Assembly: GCA_964057225.1 (NCBI GenBank) | Contig: CAXKVF010000083.1 | Coordinates: forward strand, 1 to 43,566 | DNA length: 43,566 nt | Direction of reading: 5' to 3' | DNA from: Auanema rhodensis | Lineage: Eukaryota; Animalia; Nematoda | In this document: positions 1-13,000 of the stretch, piece by piece | Layout: every line of letters begins with the position of its first letter | Numbering within the stretch: the stretch's first letter is position 1 | Notes under the pieces: model-generated | What the model saw: only the letters and a program-made list of their open reading frames with translations | Database searches by the model: none | What the model was told of the DNA's origin: nothing | Made by a program: the position numbers and the translations under genes

Positions 1-176
1 AAAGTCATGGTTACCATGAACCAATATCAATAAAAATTTGTTTTTAGACTAATATGGACATGGGGAATCTAATTTTGAAAACCGCATCTCTTCATCTTTC
101 ACGTGAAGCGAGTTACATACCAAGTGCACATCACGTGTACATTTAATTAGCATAAATTAAAGTTCACGTAAAATTC
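1..176. repeat. Reference monomer M1 (176 bp, ~32% GC, 5 CpG)
   Basis: AAAGTCATGG restarts at 177. The consensus has 56 G+C in 176 nt by hand count. Each consensus monomer contains BstEII GGTTACC (9-15), PmlI CACGTG (100-105, 132-137), ApaLI GTGCAC (124-129) and BsrGI TGTACA (136-141). Confidence 0.97.
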
Positions 177-1232
177 AAAGTCATGGTTACCATGAACCAA
201 TATCAATAAAAATTTGTTTTTAGACTAATATGGACATGGGGAATCTAATTTTGAAAACCGCATCTCTTTATCTTTCACGTGAAGCGAGTTACATACCAAG
301 TGCACATCACGTGTACATTTAATTAGCATAAATTAAAGTTCACGTAAATTTCAAAGTCATGGTTACCATGAACCAATATCAATAAAAATTTGTTTTTAGA
401 CTAATATGGACATGGGGAATCTAATTTTGAAAACCGCATCTCTTCATCTTTCACGTGAAGCGAGTTACATACCAAGTGCACATCACGTGTACATTTAATT
501 AGCATAAATTAAAGTTCACGTAAAATTCAAAGTCATGGTTACCATGCACCAATATCAATAAAAATTCGTTTTTAGACTAATATGGACATGGGGAATCTAA
601 TTTTGAAAACCGCATCTCTTTATCTTTCACGTGAAGCGAGTTACATACCAAGTGCACATCATGTGTACATTTAATTAGCATAAATTAAAGTTCACGTAAA
701 TTTCAAAGTCATGGTTACCATGAACCAATATCAATAAAAATTTGTTTTTAGACTAATATGGACATGGGGAATCTAATTTTGAAAACCGCATCTCTTTATC
801 TCTCACGTGAAGCGAGTTACATACCAAGTGCACATCACGTGTACATTTAATTAGCATAAATTAAAGTTCACGTAAATTTCAAAGTCATGGTTACCATGAA
901 GCAATATCAATAAAAATTTGTTTTTAGACTAATATGGACATGGGGAATCTAATTTTGAAAACCGCATCTCTTTATCTTTCACGTGAAGCGAGTTACATAC
1001 CAAGTGCACATCACGTGTACATTTAATTAGCATAAATTAAAGTTCACGTAAATTTCAAAGTCATGGTTACCATGAAGCAATATCAATAAAAATTTGTTTT
1101 TAGACTAATATGGACAGGGGGAATCTAATTTTGAAAACCGCATCTCTTTATCTTTCACGTGAAGCGAGTTACATACCAAGTGCACATCACGTGTACATTT
1201 AATTAGCATAAATTAAAGTTCACGTAAATTTC

Positions 1233-3344
1233 AAAGTCATGGTTACCATGAACCAATATCAATAAAAATTTGTTTTTAGACTAATATGGACATGGGGAAT
1301 CTAATTTTGAAAACCGCATCTCTTTATCTTTCACGTGAAGCGAGTTACATACCAAGTGCACATCACGTGTACATTTAATTAGCATAAATTAAAGTTCACG
1401 TAAAATTCAAAGTCATGGTTACCATGCACCAATATCAATAAAAATTTGTTTTTAGACTAATATGGACATGGGGAATCTAATTTTGAAAACCGCATCTCTT
1501 TATCTTTCACGTGAAGCGAGTTACATACCAAGTGCACATCACGTGTACATTTAATTAGCATAAATTAAAGTTCACGTAAATTTCAAAGTCATGGTTACCA
1601 TGAACCAATATCAATAAAAATTTGTTTTTAGACTAATATGGACATGGGGAATCTAATTTTGAAAACCGCATCTCTTCATCTTTCACGTGAAGCGAGTTAC
1701 ATACCAAGTGCACATCACGTGTACATTTAATTAGCATAAATTAAAGTTCACGTAAAATTCAAAGTCATGGTTACCATGCACCAATATCAATAAAAATTCG
1801 TTTTTAGACTAATATGGACATGGGGAATCTAATTTTGAAAACCGCATCTCTTTATCTTTCACGTGAAGCGAGTTACATACCAAGTGCACATCATGTGTAC
1901 ATTTAATTAGCATAAATTAAAGTTCACGTAAATTTCAAAGTCATGGTTACCATGAAGCAATATCAATAAAAATTTGTTTTTAGACTAATATGGACATGGG
2001 GAATCTAATTTTGAAAACCGCATCTCTTTATCTTTCACGTGAAGCGAGTTACATACCAAGTGCACATCACGTGTACATTTAATTAGCATAAATTAAAGTT
2101 CACGTAAATTTCAAAGTCATGGTTACCATGAACCAATATCAATAAAAATTTGTTTTTAGACTAATATGGACATGGGGAATCTAATTTTGAAAACCGCATC
2201 TCTTTATCTTTCACGTGAAGCGAGTTACATACCAAGTGCACATCACGTGTACATTTAATTAGCATAAATTAAAGTTCACGTAAAATTCAAAGTCATGGTT
2301 ACCATGCACCAATATCAATAAAAATTTGTTTTTAGACTAATATGGACATGGGGAATCTAATTTTGAAAACCGCATCTCTTTATCTTTCACGTGAAGCGAG
2401 TTACATACCAAGTGCACATCACGTGTACATTTAATTAGCATAAATTAAAGTTCACGTAAATTTCAAAGTCATGGTTACCATGAACCAATATCAATAAAAA
2501 TTTGTTTTTAGACTAATATGGACATGGGGAATCTAATTTTGAAAACCGCATCTCTTCATCTTTCACGTGAAGCGAGTTACATACCAAGTGCACATCACGT
2601 GTACATTTAATTAGCATAAATTAAAGTTCACGTAAAATTCAAAGTCATGGTTACCATGCACCAATATCAATAAAAATTCGTTTTTAGACTAATATGGACA
2701 TGGGGAATCTAATTTTGAAAACCGCATCTCTTTATCTTTCACGTGAAGCGAGTTACATACCAAGTGCACATCATGTGTACATTTAATTAGCATAAATTAA
2801 AGTTCACGTAAATTTCAAAGTCATGGTTACCATGAAGCAATATCAATAAAAATTTGTTTTTAGACTAATATGGACATGGGGAATCTAATTTTGAAAACCG
2901 CATCTCTTTATCTTTCACGTGAAGCGAGTTACATACCAAGTGCACATCACGTGTACATTTAATTAGCATAAATTAAAGTTCACGTAAATTTCAAAGTCAT
3001 GGTTACCATGAACCAATATCAATAAAAATTTGTTTTTAGACTAATATGGACATGGGGAATCTAATTTTGAAAACCGCATCTCTTTATCTTTCACGTGAAG
3101 CGAGTTACATACCAAGTGCACATCACGTGTACATTTAATTAGCATAAATTAAAGTTCACGTAAAATTCAAAGTCATGGTTACCATGCACCAATATCAATA
3201 AAAATTTGTTTTTAGACTAATATGGACATGGGGAATCTAATTTTGAAAACCGCATCTCTTTATCTTTCACGTGAAGCGAGTTACATACCAAGTGCACATC
3301 ACGTGTACATTTAATTAGCATAAATTAAAGTTCACGTAAATTTC
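1233..3344. repeat. 5-monomer (880-bp) local HOR, ~2.4 copies (M8-12, M13-17, M18-19); repeated at +32734
   Basis: The order AAC/AAAATTC, CAC, AAC+TTCATC/AAAATTC, CAC+TTCG+CATGTG, AAG repeats with 880-bp period. Confidence 0.85.
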
Positions 3345-4752
3345 AAAGTCATGGTTACCATGAAGCAATATCAATAAAAATTTGTTTTTAGACTAATATG
3401 GACATGGGGAATCTAATTTTGAAAACCGCATCTCTTTATCTTTCACGTGAAGCGAGTTACATACCAAGTGCACATCACGTGTACATTTAATTAGCATAAA
3501 TTAAAGTTCACGTAAATTTCAAAGTCATGGTTACCATGAAGCAATATCAATAAAAATTTGTTTTTAGACTAATATGGACAGGGGGAATCTAATTTTGAAA
3601 ACCGCATCTCTTTATCTTTCACGTGAAGCGAGTTACATACCAAGTGCACATCACGTGTACATTTAATTAGCATAAATTAAAGTTCACGTAAATTTCAAAG
3701 TCATGGTTACCATGAACCAATATCAATAAAAATTTGTTTTTAGACTAATATGGACATGGGGAATCTAATTTTGAAAACCGCATCTCTTTATCTTTCACGT
3801 GAAGCGAGTTACATACCAAGTGCACATCACGTGTACATTTAATTAGCATAAATTAAAGTTCACGTAAAATTCAAAGTCATGGTTACCATGCACCAATATC
3901 AATAAAAATTTGTTTTTAGACTAATATGGACATGGGGAATCTAATTTTGAAAACCGCATCTCTTTATCTTTCACGTGAAGCGAGTTACATACCAAGTGCA
4001 CATCACGTGTACATTTAATTAGCATAAATTAAAGTTCACGTAAATTTCAAAGTCATGGTTACCATGAACCAATATCAATAAAAATTTGTTTTTAGACTAA
4101 TATGGACATGGGGAATCTAATTTTGAAAACCGCATCTCTTCATCTTTCACGTGAAGCGAGTTACATACCAAGTGCACATCACGTGTACATTTAATTAGCA
4201 TAAATTAAAGTTCACGTAAAATTCAAAGTCATGGTTACCATGCACCAATATCAATAAAAATTCGTTTTTAGACTAATATGGACATGGGGAAACTAATTTT
4301 GAAAACCGCATCTCTTTATCTTTCACGTGAAGCGAGTTACATACCAAGTGCACATCATGTGTACATTTAATTAGCATAAATTAAAGTTCACGTAAATTTC
4401 AAAGTCATGGTTACCATGAACCAATATCAATAAAAATTTGTTTTTAGACTAATATGAACATGGGGAATCTAATTTTGAAAACCGCATCTCTTCATCTTTC
4501 ACGTGAAGCGAGTTACATACCAAGTGCACATCACGTGTACATTTAATTAGCATAAATTAAAGTTCACGTAAAATTCAAAGTCATGGTTACCATGCACCAA
4601 TATCAATAAAAATTCGTTTTTAGACTAATATGGACATGGGGAATCTAATTTTGAAAACCGCATCTCTTTATCTTTCACGTGAAGCGAGTTACATACCAAG
4701 TGCACATCACGTGTACATTTAATTAGCATAAATTAAAGTTCACGTAAATTTC

Positions 4753-6864
4753 AAAGTCATGGTTACCATGAACCAATATCAATAAAAATTTGTTTTTAGA
4801 ATAATATGGACATGGGGAATCTAATTTTGAAAACCGCATCTCTTTATATTTCACGTGAAGCGAGTTACATACCAAGTGCACATCACGTGTACATTTAATT
4901 AGCATAAATTAAAGTTCACGTAAATTTCAAAGTCATGGTTACCATGAAGCAATATCAATAAAAATTTGTTTTTAGACTAATATGGACATGGGGAATCTAA
5001 TTTTGAAAACCGCATCTCTTTATCTTTCACGTGAAGCGAGTTACATACCAAGTGCACATCACGTGTACATTTAATTAGCATTAATTAAAGTTCACGTAAA
5101 TTTCAAAGTCATGGTTACCATGAAGCAATATCAATAAAAATTTGTTTTTAGACTAATATGGACATGGGGAATCTAATTTTGAAAACCGCATCTTTTTATC
5201 TTTCACGTGAAGCGAGTTACATACCAAGTGCACATCACGTGTACATTTAATTAGCATAAATTAAAGTTCACGTAAATTTCAAAGTCATGGTTACCATGAA
5301 CCAATATCAATAAAAATTTGTTTTTAGACTAATATGGACATGGGGAATCTAATTTTGAGAACCGCATCTCTTTATCTTTCACGTGAAGCGAGTTACATAC
5401 CAAGTGCACATCACGTGTACATTTAATTAGCATAAATTAAAGTTCACGTAAATTTCAAAGTCATGGTTACCATGAAGCAATATCAATAAAAATTTGTTTT
5501 TAGACTAATATGGACATGGGGAATCTAATTTTGAAAACCGCATCTCTTTATCTTTCACGTGAAGCGAGTTACATACCAAGTGCACATCACGTGTACATTT
5601 AATTAGCATAAATTAAAGTTCACGTAAATTTCAAAGTCATGGTTACCATGCACCAATATCAATAAAAATTTGTTTTTAGACTAATATGGACATGGGGAAT
5701 CTAATTTTGAAAACCGCATCTCTTTATCTTTCACGTGAAGCGAGTTACATACCAAGTGCACATCACGTGTACATTTAATTAGCATAAATTAAAGTTCACG
5801 TAAATTTCAAAGTCATGGTTACCATGAACCAATATCAATAAAAATTTGTTTTTAGAATAATATGGACATGGGGAATCTAATTTTGAAAACCGCATCTCTT
5901 TATATTTCACGTGAAGCGAGTTACATACCAAGTGCACATCACGTGTACATTTAATTAGCATAAATTAAAGTTCACGTAAATTTCAAAGTCATGGTTACCA
6001 TGAAGCAATATCAATAAAAATTTGTTTTTAGACTAATATGGACATGGGGAATCTAATTTTGAAAACCGCATCTCTTTATCTTTCACGTGAAGCGAGTTAC
6101 ATACCAAGTGCACATCACGTGTACATTTAATTAGCATTAATTAAAGTTCACGTAAATTTCAAAGTCATGGTTACCATGAAGCAATATCAATAAAAATTTG
6201 TTTTTAGACTAATATGGACATGGGGAATCTAATTTTGAAAACCGCATCTTTTTATCTTTCACGTGAAGCGAGTTACATACCAAGTGCACATCACGTGTAC
6301 ATTTAATTAGCATAAATTAAAGTTCACGTAAATTTCAAAGTCATGGTTACCATGAACCAATATCAATAAAAATTTGTTTTTAGACTAATATGGACATGGG
6401 GAATCTAATTTTGAGAACCGCATCTCTTTATCTTTCACGTGAAGCGAGTTACATACCAAGTGCACATCACGTGTACATTTAATTAGCATAAATTAAAGTT
6501 CACGTAAATTTCAAAGTCATGGTTACCATGAAGCAATATCAATAAAAATTTGTTTTTAGACTAATATGGACATGGGGAATCTAATTTTGAAAACCGCATC
6601 TCTTTATCTTTCACGTGAAGCGAGTTACATACCAAGTGCACATCACGTGTACATTTAATTAGCATAAATTAAAGTTCACGTAAATTTCAAAGTCATGGTT
6701 ACCATGCACCAATATCAATAAAAATTTGTTTTTAGACTAATATGGACATGGGGAATCTAATTTTGAAAACCGCATCTCTTTATCTTTCACGTGAAGCGAG
6801 TTACATACCAAGTGCACATCACGTGTACATTTAATTAGCATAAATTAAAGTTCACGTAAATTTC
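4753..6864. repeat. 6-monomer (1,056-bp) local HOR, 2 tandem copies (M28-33, M34-39); repeated at +32734
   Basis: The order GAAT+TATAT, GCATT, TCTTTT, GAGAA, AAG, CAC occurs twice. The ORF offset 5779-4723 = 1056 agrees. Confidence 0.92.
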
Positions 6865-9800
6865 AAAGTCATGGTTACCATGAACCAATATCAATAAAAA
6901 TTTGTTTTTAGACTAATATGGACATGGGGAATCTAATTTTGAAAACCGCATCTCTTTATCTTTCACGTGAAGCGAGTTACATACCAAGTGCACATCACGT
7001 GTACATTTAATTAGCATAAATTAAAGTTCACGTAAATTTCAAAGTCATGGTTACCATGAAGCAATATCAATAAAAATTTGTTTTTAGACTAATATGGACA
7101 TGGGGAATCTAATTTTGAAAACCGCATCTCTTTATCTTTCACGTGAAGCGAGTTACATACCAAGTGCACATCACGTGTACATTTAATTAGCATAAATTAA
7201 AGTTCACGTAAATTTCAAAGTCATGGTTACCATGAAGCAATATCAATAAAAATTTGTTTTTAGACTAATATGGACATGGGGAATCTAATTTTGAAAACCG
7301 CATCTCTTTATCTTTCACGTGAAGCGAGTTACATACCAAGTGCACATCACGTGTACATTTAATTAGCATAAATTAAAGTTCACGTAAATTTCAAAGTCAT
7401 GGTTACCATGCACCAATATCAATAAAAATTTGTTTTTAGACTAATATGGACATGGGGAATCTAATTTTGAAAACCGCATCTCTTTATCTCTCACGTGAAG
7501 CGAGTTACATACCAAGTGCACATCACGTGTACATTTAATTAGCATAAATTAAAGTTCACGTAAATTTCAAAGTCATGGTTACCATGAACCAATATCAATA
7601 AAAATTTGTTTTTAGACTAATATGGACATGGGGAATCTAATTTTGAAAACCGCATCTCTTTATCTTTCACGTGAAGCGAGTTACATACCAAGTGCACATC
7701 ACGTGTACATTTAATTAGCATAAATTAAAGTTCACGTAAATTTCAAAGTCATGGTTACCATGAACCAATATCAATAAAAATTTGTTTTTAGACTAATATG
7801 GACATGGGGAATCTAATTTTGAAAACCGCATCTCTTTATCTTTCACGTGAAGCGAGTTACATACCAAGTGCACATCACGTGTACATTTAATTAGCATAAA
7901 TTAAAGTTCACGTAAATTTCAAAGTCATGGTTACCATGAACCAATATCAATAAAAATTTGTTTTTAGAATAATATGGACATGGGGAATCTAATTTTGAAA
8001 ACCGCATCTCTTTATATTTCACGTGAAGCGAGTTACATACCAAGTGCACATCACGTGTACATTTAATTAGCATAAATTAAAGTTCACGTAAATTTCAAAG
8101 TCATGGTTACCATGAAGCAATATCAATAAAAATTTGTTTTTAGACTAATATGGACATGGGGAATCTAATTTTGAAAACCGCATCTCTTTATCTTTCACGT
8201 GAAGCGAGTTACATACCAAGTGCACATCACGTGTACATTTAATTAGCATTAATTAAAGTTCACGTAAATTTCAAAGTCATGGTTACCATGAAGCAATATC
8301 AATAAAAATTTGTTTTTAGACTAATATGGACATGGGGAATCTAATTTTGAAAACCGCATCTTTTTATCTTTCACGTGAAGCGAGTTACATACCAAGTGCA
8401 CATCACGTGTACATTTAATTAGCATAAATTAAAGTTCACGTAAATTTCAAAGTCATGGTTACCATGAACCAATATCAATAAAAATTTGTTTTTAGACTAA
8501 TATGGACATGGGGAATCTAATTTTGAGAACCGCATCTCTTTATCTTTCACGTGAAGCGAGTTACATACCAAGTGCACATCACGTGTACATTTAATTAGCA
8601 TAAATTAAAGTTCACGTAAATTTCAAAGTCATGGTTACCATGAAGCAATATCAATAAAAATTTGTTTTTAGACTAATATGGACATGGGGAATCTAATTTT
8701 GAAAACCGCATCTCTTTATCTTTCACGTGAAGCGAGTTACATACCAAGTGCACATCACGTGTACATTTAATTAGCATAAATTAAAGTTCACGTAAATTTC
8801 AAAGTCATGGTTACCATGCACCAATATCAATAAAAATTTGTTTTTAGACTAATATGGACATGGGGAATCTAATTTTGAAAACCGCATCTCTTTATCTTTC
8901 ACGTGAAGCGAGTTACATACCAAGTGCACATCACGTGTACATTTAATTAGCATAAATTAAAGTTCACGTAAATTTCAAAGTCATGGTTACCATGAACCAA
9001 TATCAATAAAAATTTGTTTTTAGACTAATATGGACATGGGGAATCTAATTTTGAAAACCGCATCTCTTTATCTTTCACGTGAAGCGAGTTACATACCAAG
9101 TGCACATCACGTGTACATTTAATTAGCATAAATTAAAGTTCACGTAAATTTCAAAGTCATGGTTACCATGAAGCAATATCAATAAAAATTTGTTTTTAGA
9201 CTAATATGGACATGGGGAATCTAATTTTGAAAACCGCATCTCTTTATCTTTCACGTGAAGCGAGTTACATACCAAGTGCACATCACGTGTACATTTAATT
9301 AGCATAAATTAAAGTTCACGTAAATTTCAAAGTCATGGTTACCATGAAGCAATATCAATAAAAATTTGTTTTTAGACTAATATGGACATGGGGAATCTAA
9401 TTTTGAAAACCGCATCTCTTTATCTTTCACGTGAAGCGAGTTACATACCAAGTGCACATCACGTGTACATTTAATTAGCATAAATTAAAGTTCACGTAAA
9501 TTTCAAAGTCATGGTTACCATGCACCAATATCAATAAAAATTTGTTTTTAGACTAATATGGACATGGGGAATCTAATTTTGAAAACCGCATCTCTTTATC
9601 TCTCACGTGAAGCGAGTTACATACCAAGTGCACATCACGTGTACATTTAATTAGCATAAATTAAAGTTCACGTAAATTTCAAAGTCATGGTTACCATGAA
9701 CCAATATCAATAAAAATTTGTTTTTAGACTAATATGGACATGGGGAATCTAATTTTGAAAACCGCATCTCTTTATCTTTCACGTGAAGCGAGTTACATAC

Positions 9801-10032
9801 CAAGTGCACATCACGTGTACATTTAATTAGCATAAATTAAAGTTCACGTAAATTTCAAAGTCATGGTTACCATGAACCAATATCAATAAAAATTTGTTTT
9901 TAGACTAATATGGACATGGGGAATCTAATTTTGAAAACCGCATCTCTTTATCTTTCACGTGAAGCGAGTTACATACCAAGTGCACATCACGTGTACATTT
10001 AATTAGCATAAATTAAAGTTCACGTAAATTTC
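5809..10032. repeat. 12-monomer (2,112-bp) local HOR, 2 tandem copies (M34-45, M46-57); repeated at +32734
   Basis: The 6-mer plus AAC, AAG, AAG, CAC+TCTCTC, AAC, AAC occurs twice. The ORF offset 7891-5779 = 2112 agrees. Confidence 0.92.
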
Positions 10033-13000
10033 AAAGTCATGGTTACCATGAAGCAATATCAATAAAAATTTGTTTTTAGACTAATATGGACATGGGGAAT
10101 CTAATTTTGAAAACCGCATCTCTTTATCTTTCACGTGAAGCGAGTTACATACCAAGTGCACATCACGTGTACATTTAATTAGCATAAATTAAAGTTCACG
10201 TAAATTTCAAAGTCATGGTTACCATGAACCAATATCAATAAAAATTTGTTTTTAGACTAATATGGACATGGGGAATCTAATTTTGAAAACCGCATCTCTT
10301 TATCTTTCACGTGAAGCGAGTTACATACCAAGTGCACATCACGTGTACATTTAATTAGCATAAATTAAAGTTCACGTAAAATTCAAAGTCATGGTTACCA
10401 TGCACCAATATCAATAAAAATTTGTTTTTAGACTAATATGGACATGGGGAATCTAATTTTGAAAACCGCATCTCTTTATCTTTCACGTGAAGCGAGTTAC
10501 ATACCAAGTGCACATCACGTGTACATTTAATTAGCATAAATTAAAGTTCACGTAAATTTCAAAGTCATGGTTACCATGAAGCAATATCAATAAAAATTTG
10601 TTTTTAGACTAATATGGACATGGGGAATCTAATTTTGAAAACCGCATCTCTTTATCTTTCACGTGAAGCGAGTTACATACCAAGTGCACATCACGTGTAC
10701 ATTTAATTAGCATAAATTAAAGTTCACGTAAATTTCAAAGTCATGGTTACCATGAACCAATATCAATAAAAATTTGTTTTTAGACTAATATGGACATGGG
10801 GAATCTAATTTTGAAAACCGCATCTCTTTATCTTTCACGTGAAGCGAGTTACATACCAAGTGCACATCACGTGTACATTTAATTAGCATAAATTAAAGTT
10901 CACGTAAATTTCAAAGTCATGGTTACCATGAAGCAATATCAATAAAAATTTGTTTTTAGACTAATATGGACATGGGGAATCTAATTTTGAAAACCGCATC
11001 TCTTTATCTTTCACGTGAAGCGAGTTACATACCAAGTGCACATCACGTGTACATTTAATTAGCATAAATTAAAGTTCACGTAAAATTCAAAGTCATGGTT
11101 ACCATGCACCAATATCAATAAAAATTTGTTTTTAGACTAATATGGACATGGGGAATCTAATTTTGAAAACCGCATCTCTTTATCTTTCACGTGAAGCGAG
11201 TTACATACCAAGTGCACATCACGTGTACATTTAATTAGCATAAATTAAAGTTCACGTAATCTTCAAAGTCATGGTTACCATGAACCAATATCAATAAAAA
11301 TTTGTTTTCAGACTAATATGGACATGGGGAATCTAATTTTGAAAACCGCATCTCTTTATCTTTCACGTGAAGCGAGTTACATACCAAGTGCACATCACGT
11401 GTACATTTAATTAGCATAAATTAAAGTTCACGTAAATTTCAAAGTCATGGTTACCATGAACCAATATCAATAAAAATTTGTTTTTAGACTAATATGGACA
11501 TGGGGAATCTAATTTTGAAAACCGCATCTCTTTATCTTTCACGTGAAGCGAGTTACATACCAAGTGCACATCACGTGTACATTTAATTAGCATAAATTAA
11601 AGTTCACGTAAATTTCAAAGTCATGGTTACCATGAAGCAATATCAATAAAAATTTGTTTTTAGACTAATATGGACATGGGGAATCTAATTTTGAAAACCG
11701 CATCTCTTTATCTTTCACGTGAAGCGAGTTACATACCAAGTGCACATCACGTGTACATTTAATTAGCATAAATTAAAGTTCACGTAAATTTCAAAGTCAT
11801 GGTTACCATGAAGCAATATCAATAAAAATTTGTTTTTAGACTAATATGGACATGGGGAATCTAATTTTGAAAACCGCATCTCTTTATCTTTCACGTGAAG
11901 CGAGTTACATACCAAGTGCACATCACGTGTACATTTAATTAGCATAAATTAAAGTTCACGTAAATTTCAAAGTCATGGTTACCATGAACCAATATCAATA
12001 AAAATTTGTTTTTAGACTAATATGGACATGGGGAATCTAATTTTGAAAACCGCATCTCTTTATCTTTCACGTGAAGCGAGTTACATACCAAGTGCACATC
12101 ACGTGTACATTTAATTAGCATAAATTAAAGTTCACGTAAAATTCAAAGTCATGGTTACCATGCACCAATATCAATAAAAATTTGTTTTTAGACTAATATG
12201 GACATGGGGAATCTAATTTTGAAAACCGCATCTCTTTATCTTTCACGTGAAGCGAGTTACATACCAAGTGCACATCACGTGTACATTTAATTAGCATAAA
12301 TTAAAGTTCACGTAAATTTCAAAGTCATGGTTACCATGAACCAATATCAATAAAAATTTGTTTTGAGACTAATATGGACATGGGGAATCTAATTTTGAAA
12401 ACCGCATCTCTTTATCTTTCACGTGAAGCGAGTTACATACCAAGTGCACATCACGTGTACATTTAATTAGCATAAATTAAAGTTCACGTAAATTTCAAAG
12501 TCATGGTTACCATGAACCAATATCAATAAAAATTTGTTTTTAGACTAATATGGACATGGGGAATCTAATTTTGAAAACCGCATCTCTTTATCTTTCACGT
12601 GAAGCGAGTTACATACCAAGTGCACATCACGTGTACATTTAATTAGCATAAATTAAAGTTCACGTAAATTTCAAAGTCATGGTTACCATGCACCAATATC
12701 AATAAAAATTTGTTTTTAGACTAATATGGACATGGGGAATCTAATTTTGAAAACCGCATCTCTTCATCTTTCACGTGAAGCGAGTTACATACCAAGTGCA
12801 CATCACGTGTACATTTAATTAGCATAAATTAAAGTTCACGTAAATTTCAAAGTCATGGTTACCATGAAGCAATATCAATAAAAATTTGTTTTTAGACTAA
12901 TATGGACATGGGGAATCTAATTTTGAAAACCGCATCTCTTTATCTTTCACGTGAAGCGAGTTACATACCAAGTGCACATCACGTGTACATTTAATTAGCA

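Noticed and set aside
10-24. RFX X-box-like motif GTTACCATG...
   Set aside because: Only the GTTACC half-site matches; the second half (RGYAAC) is absent or misspaced in all the alleles.
29-34. AATAAA polyadenylation signal in each monomer
   Set aside because: Expected by chance in 68% AT sequence, and there is no transcription unit to associate it with.
130-176. Budding-yeast point centromere (CDEI ATCACGTG followed by an AT-rich stretch)
   Set aside because: There is no ~80-bp >90% AT CDEII and no recognisable CDEIII, and point centromeres are not tandem arrays. The match is only an 8-bp motif.
1-176. Tandem 5S rRNA, tRNA, snRNA or spliced-leader gene array
   Set aside because: No recognisable similarity to these RNAs, no cloverleaf or Pol III A/B/C boxes seen, and low GC. 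An Rfam/Infernal search would confirm.
1-176. Identity with known ~171-178-bp satellites (alpha satellite, CEN178, CentBr, honeybee AluI)
   Set aside because: Only the length is similar. I recognise no sequence match, and the consensus lacks AAGCTT and AGCT sites. No database search was possible.
565-581. CENP-B box suggested by the TTCG variant
   Set aside because: TTCGTTTTTAGACTAAT lacks the required TTCG-N4-A-N2-CGGG pattern, and I saw no CGGG or CCCG in the monomer.
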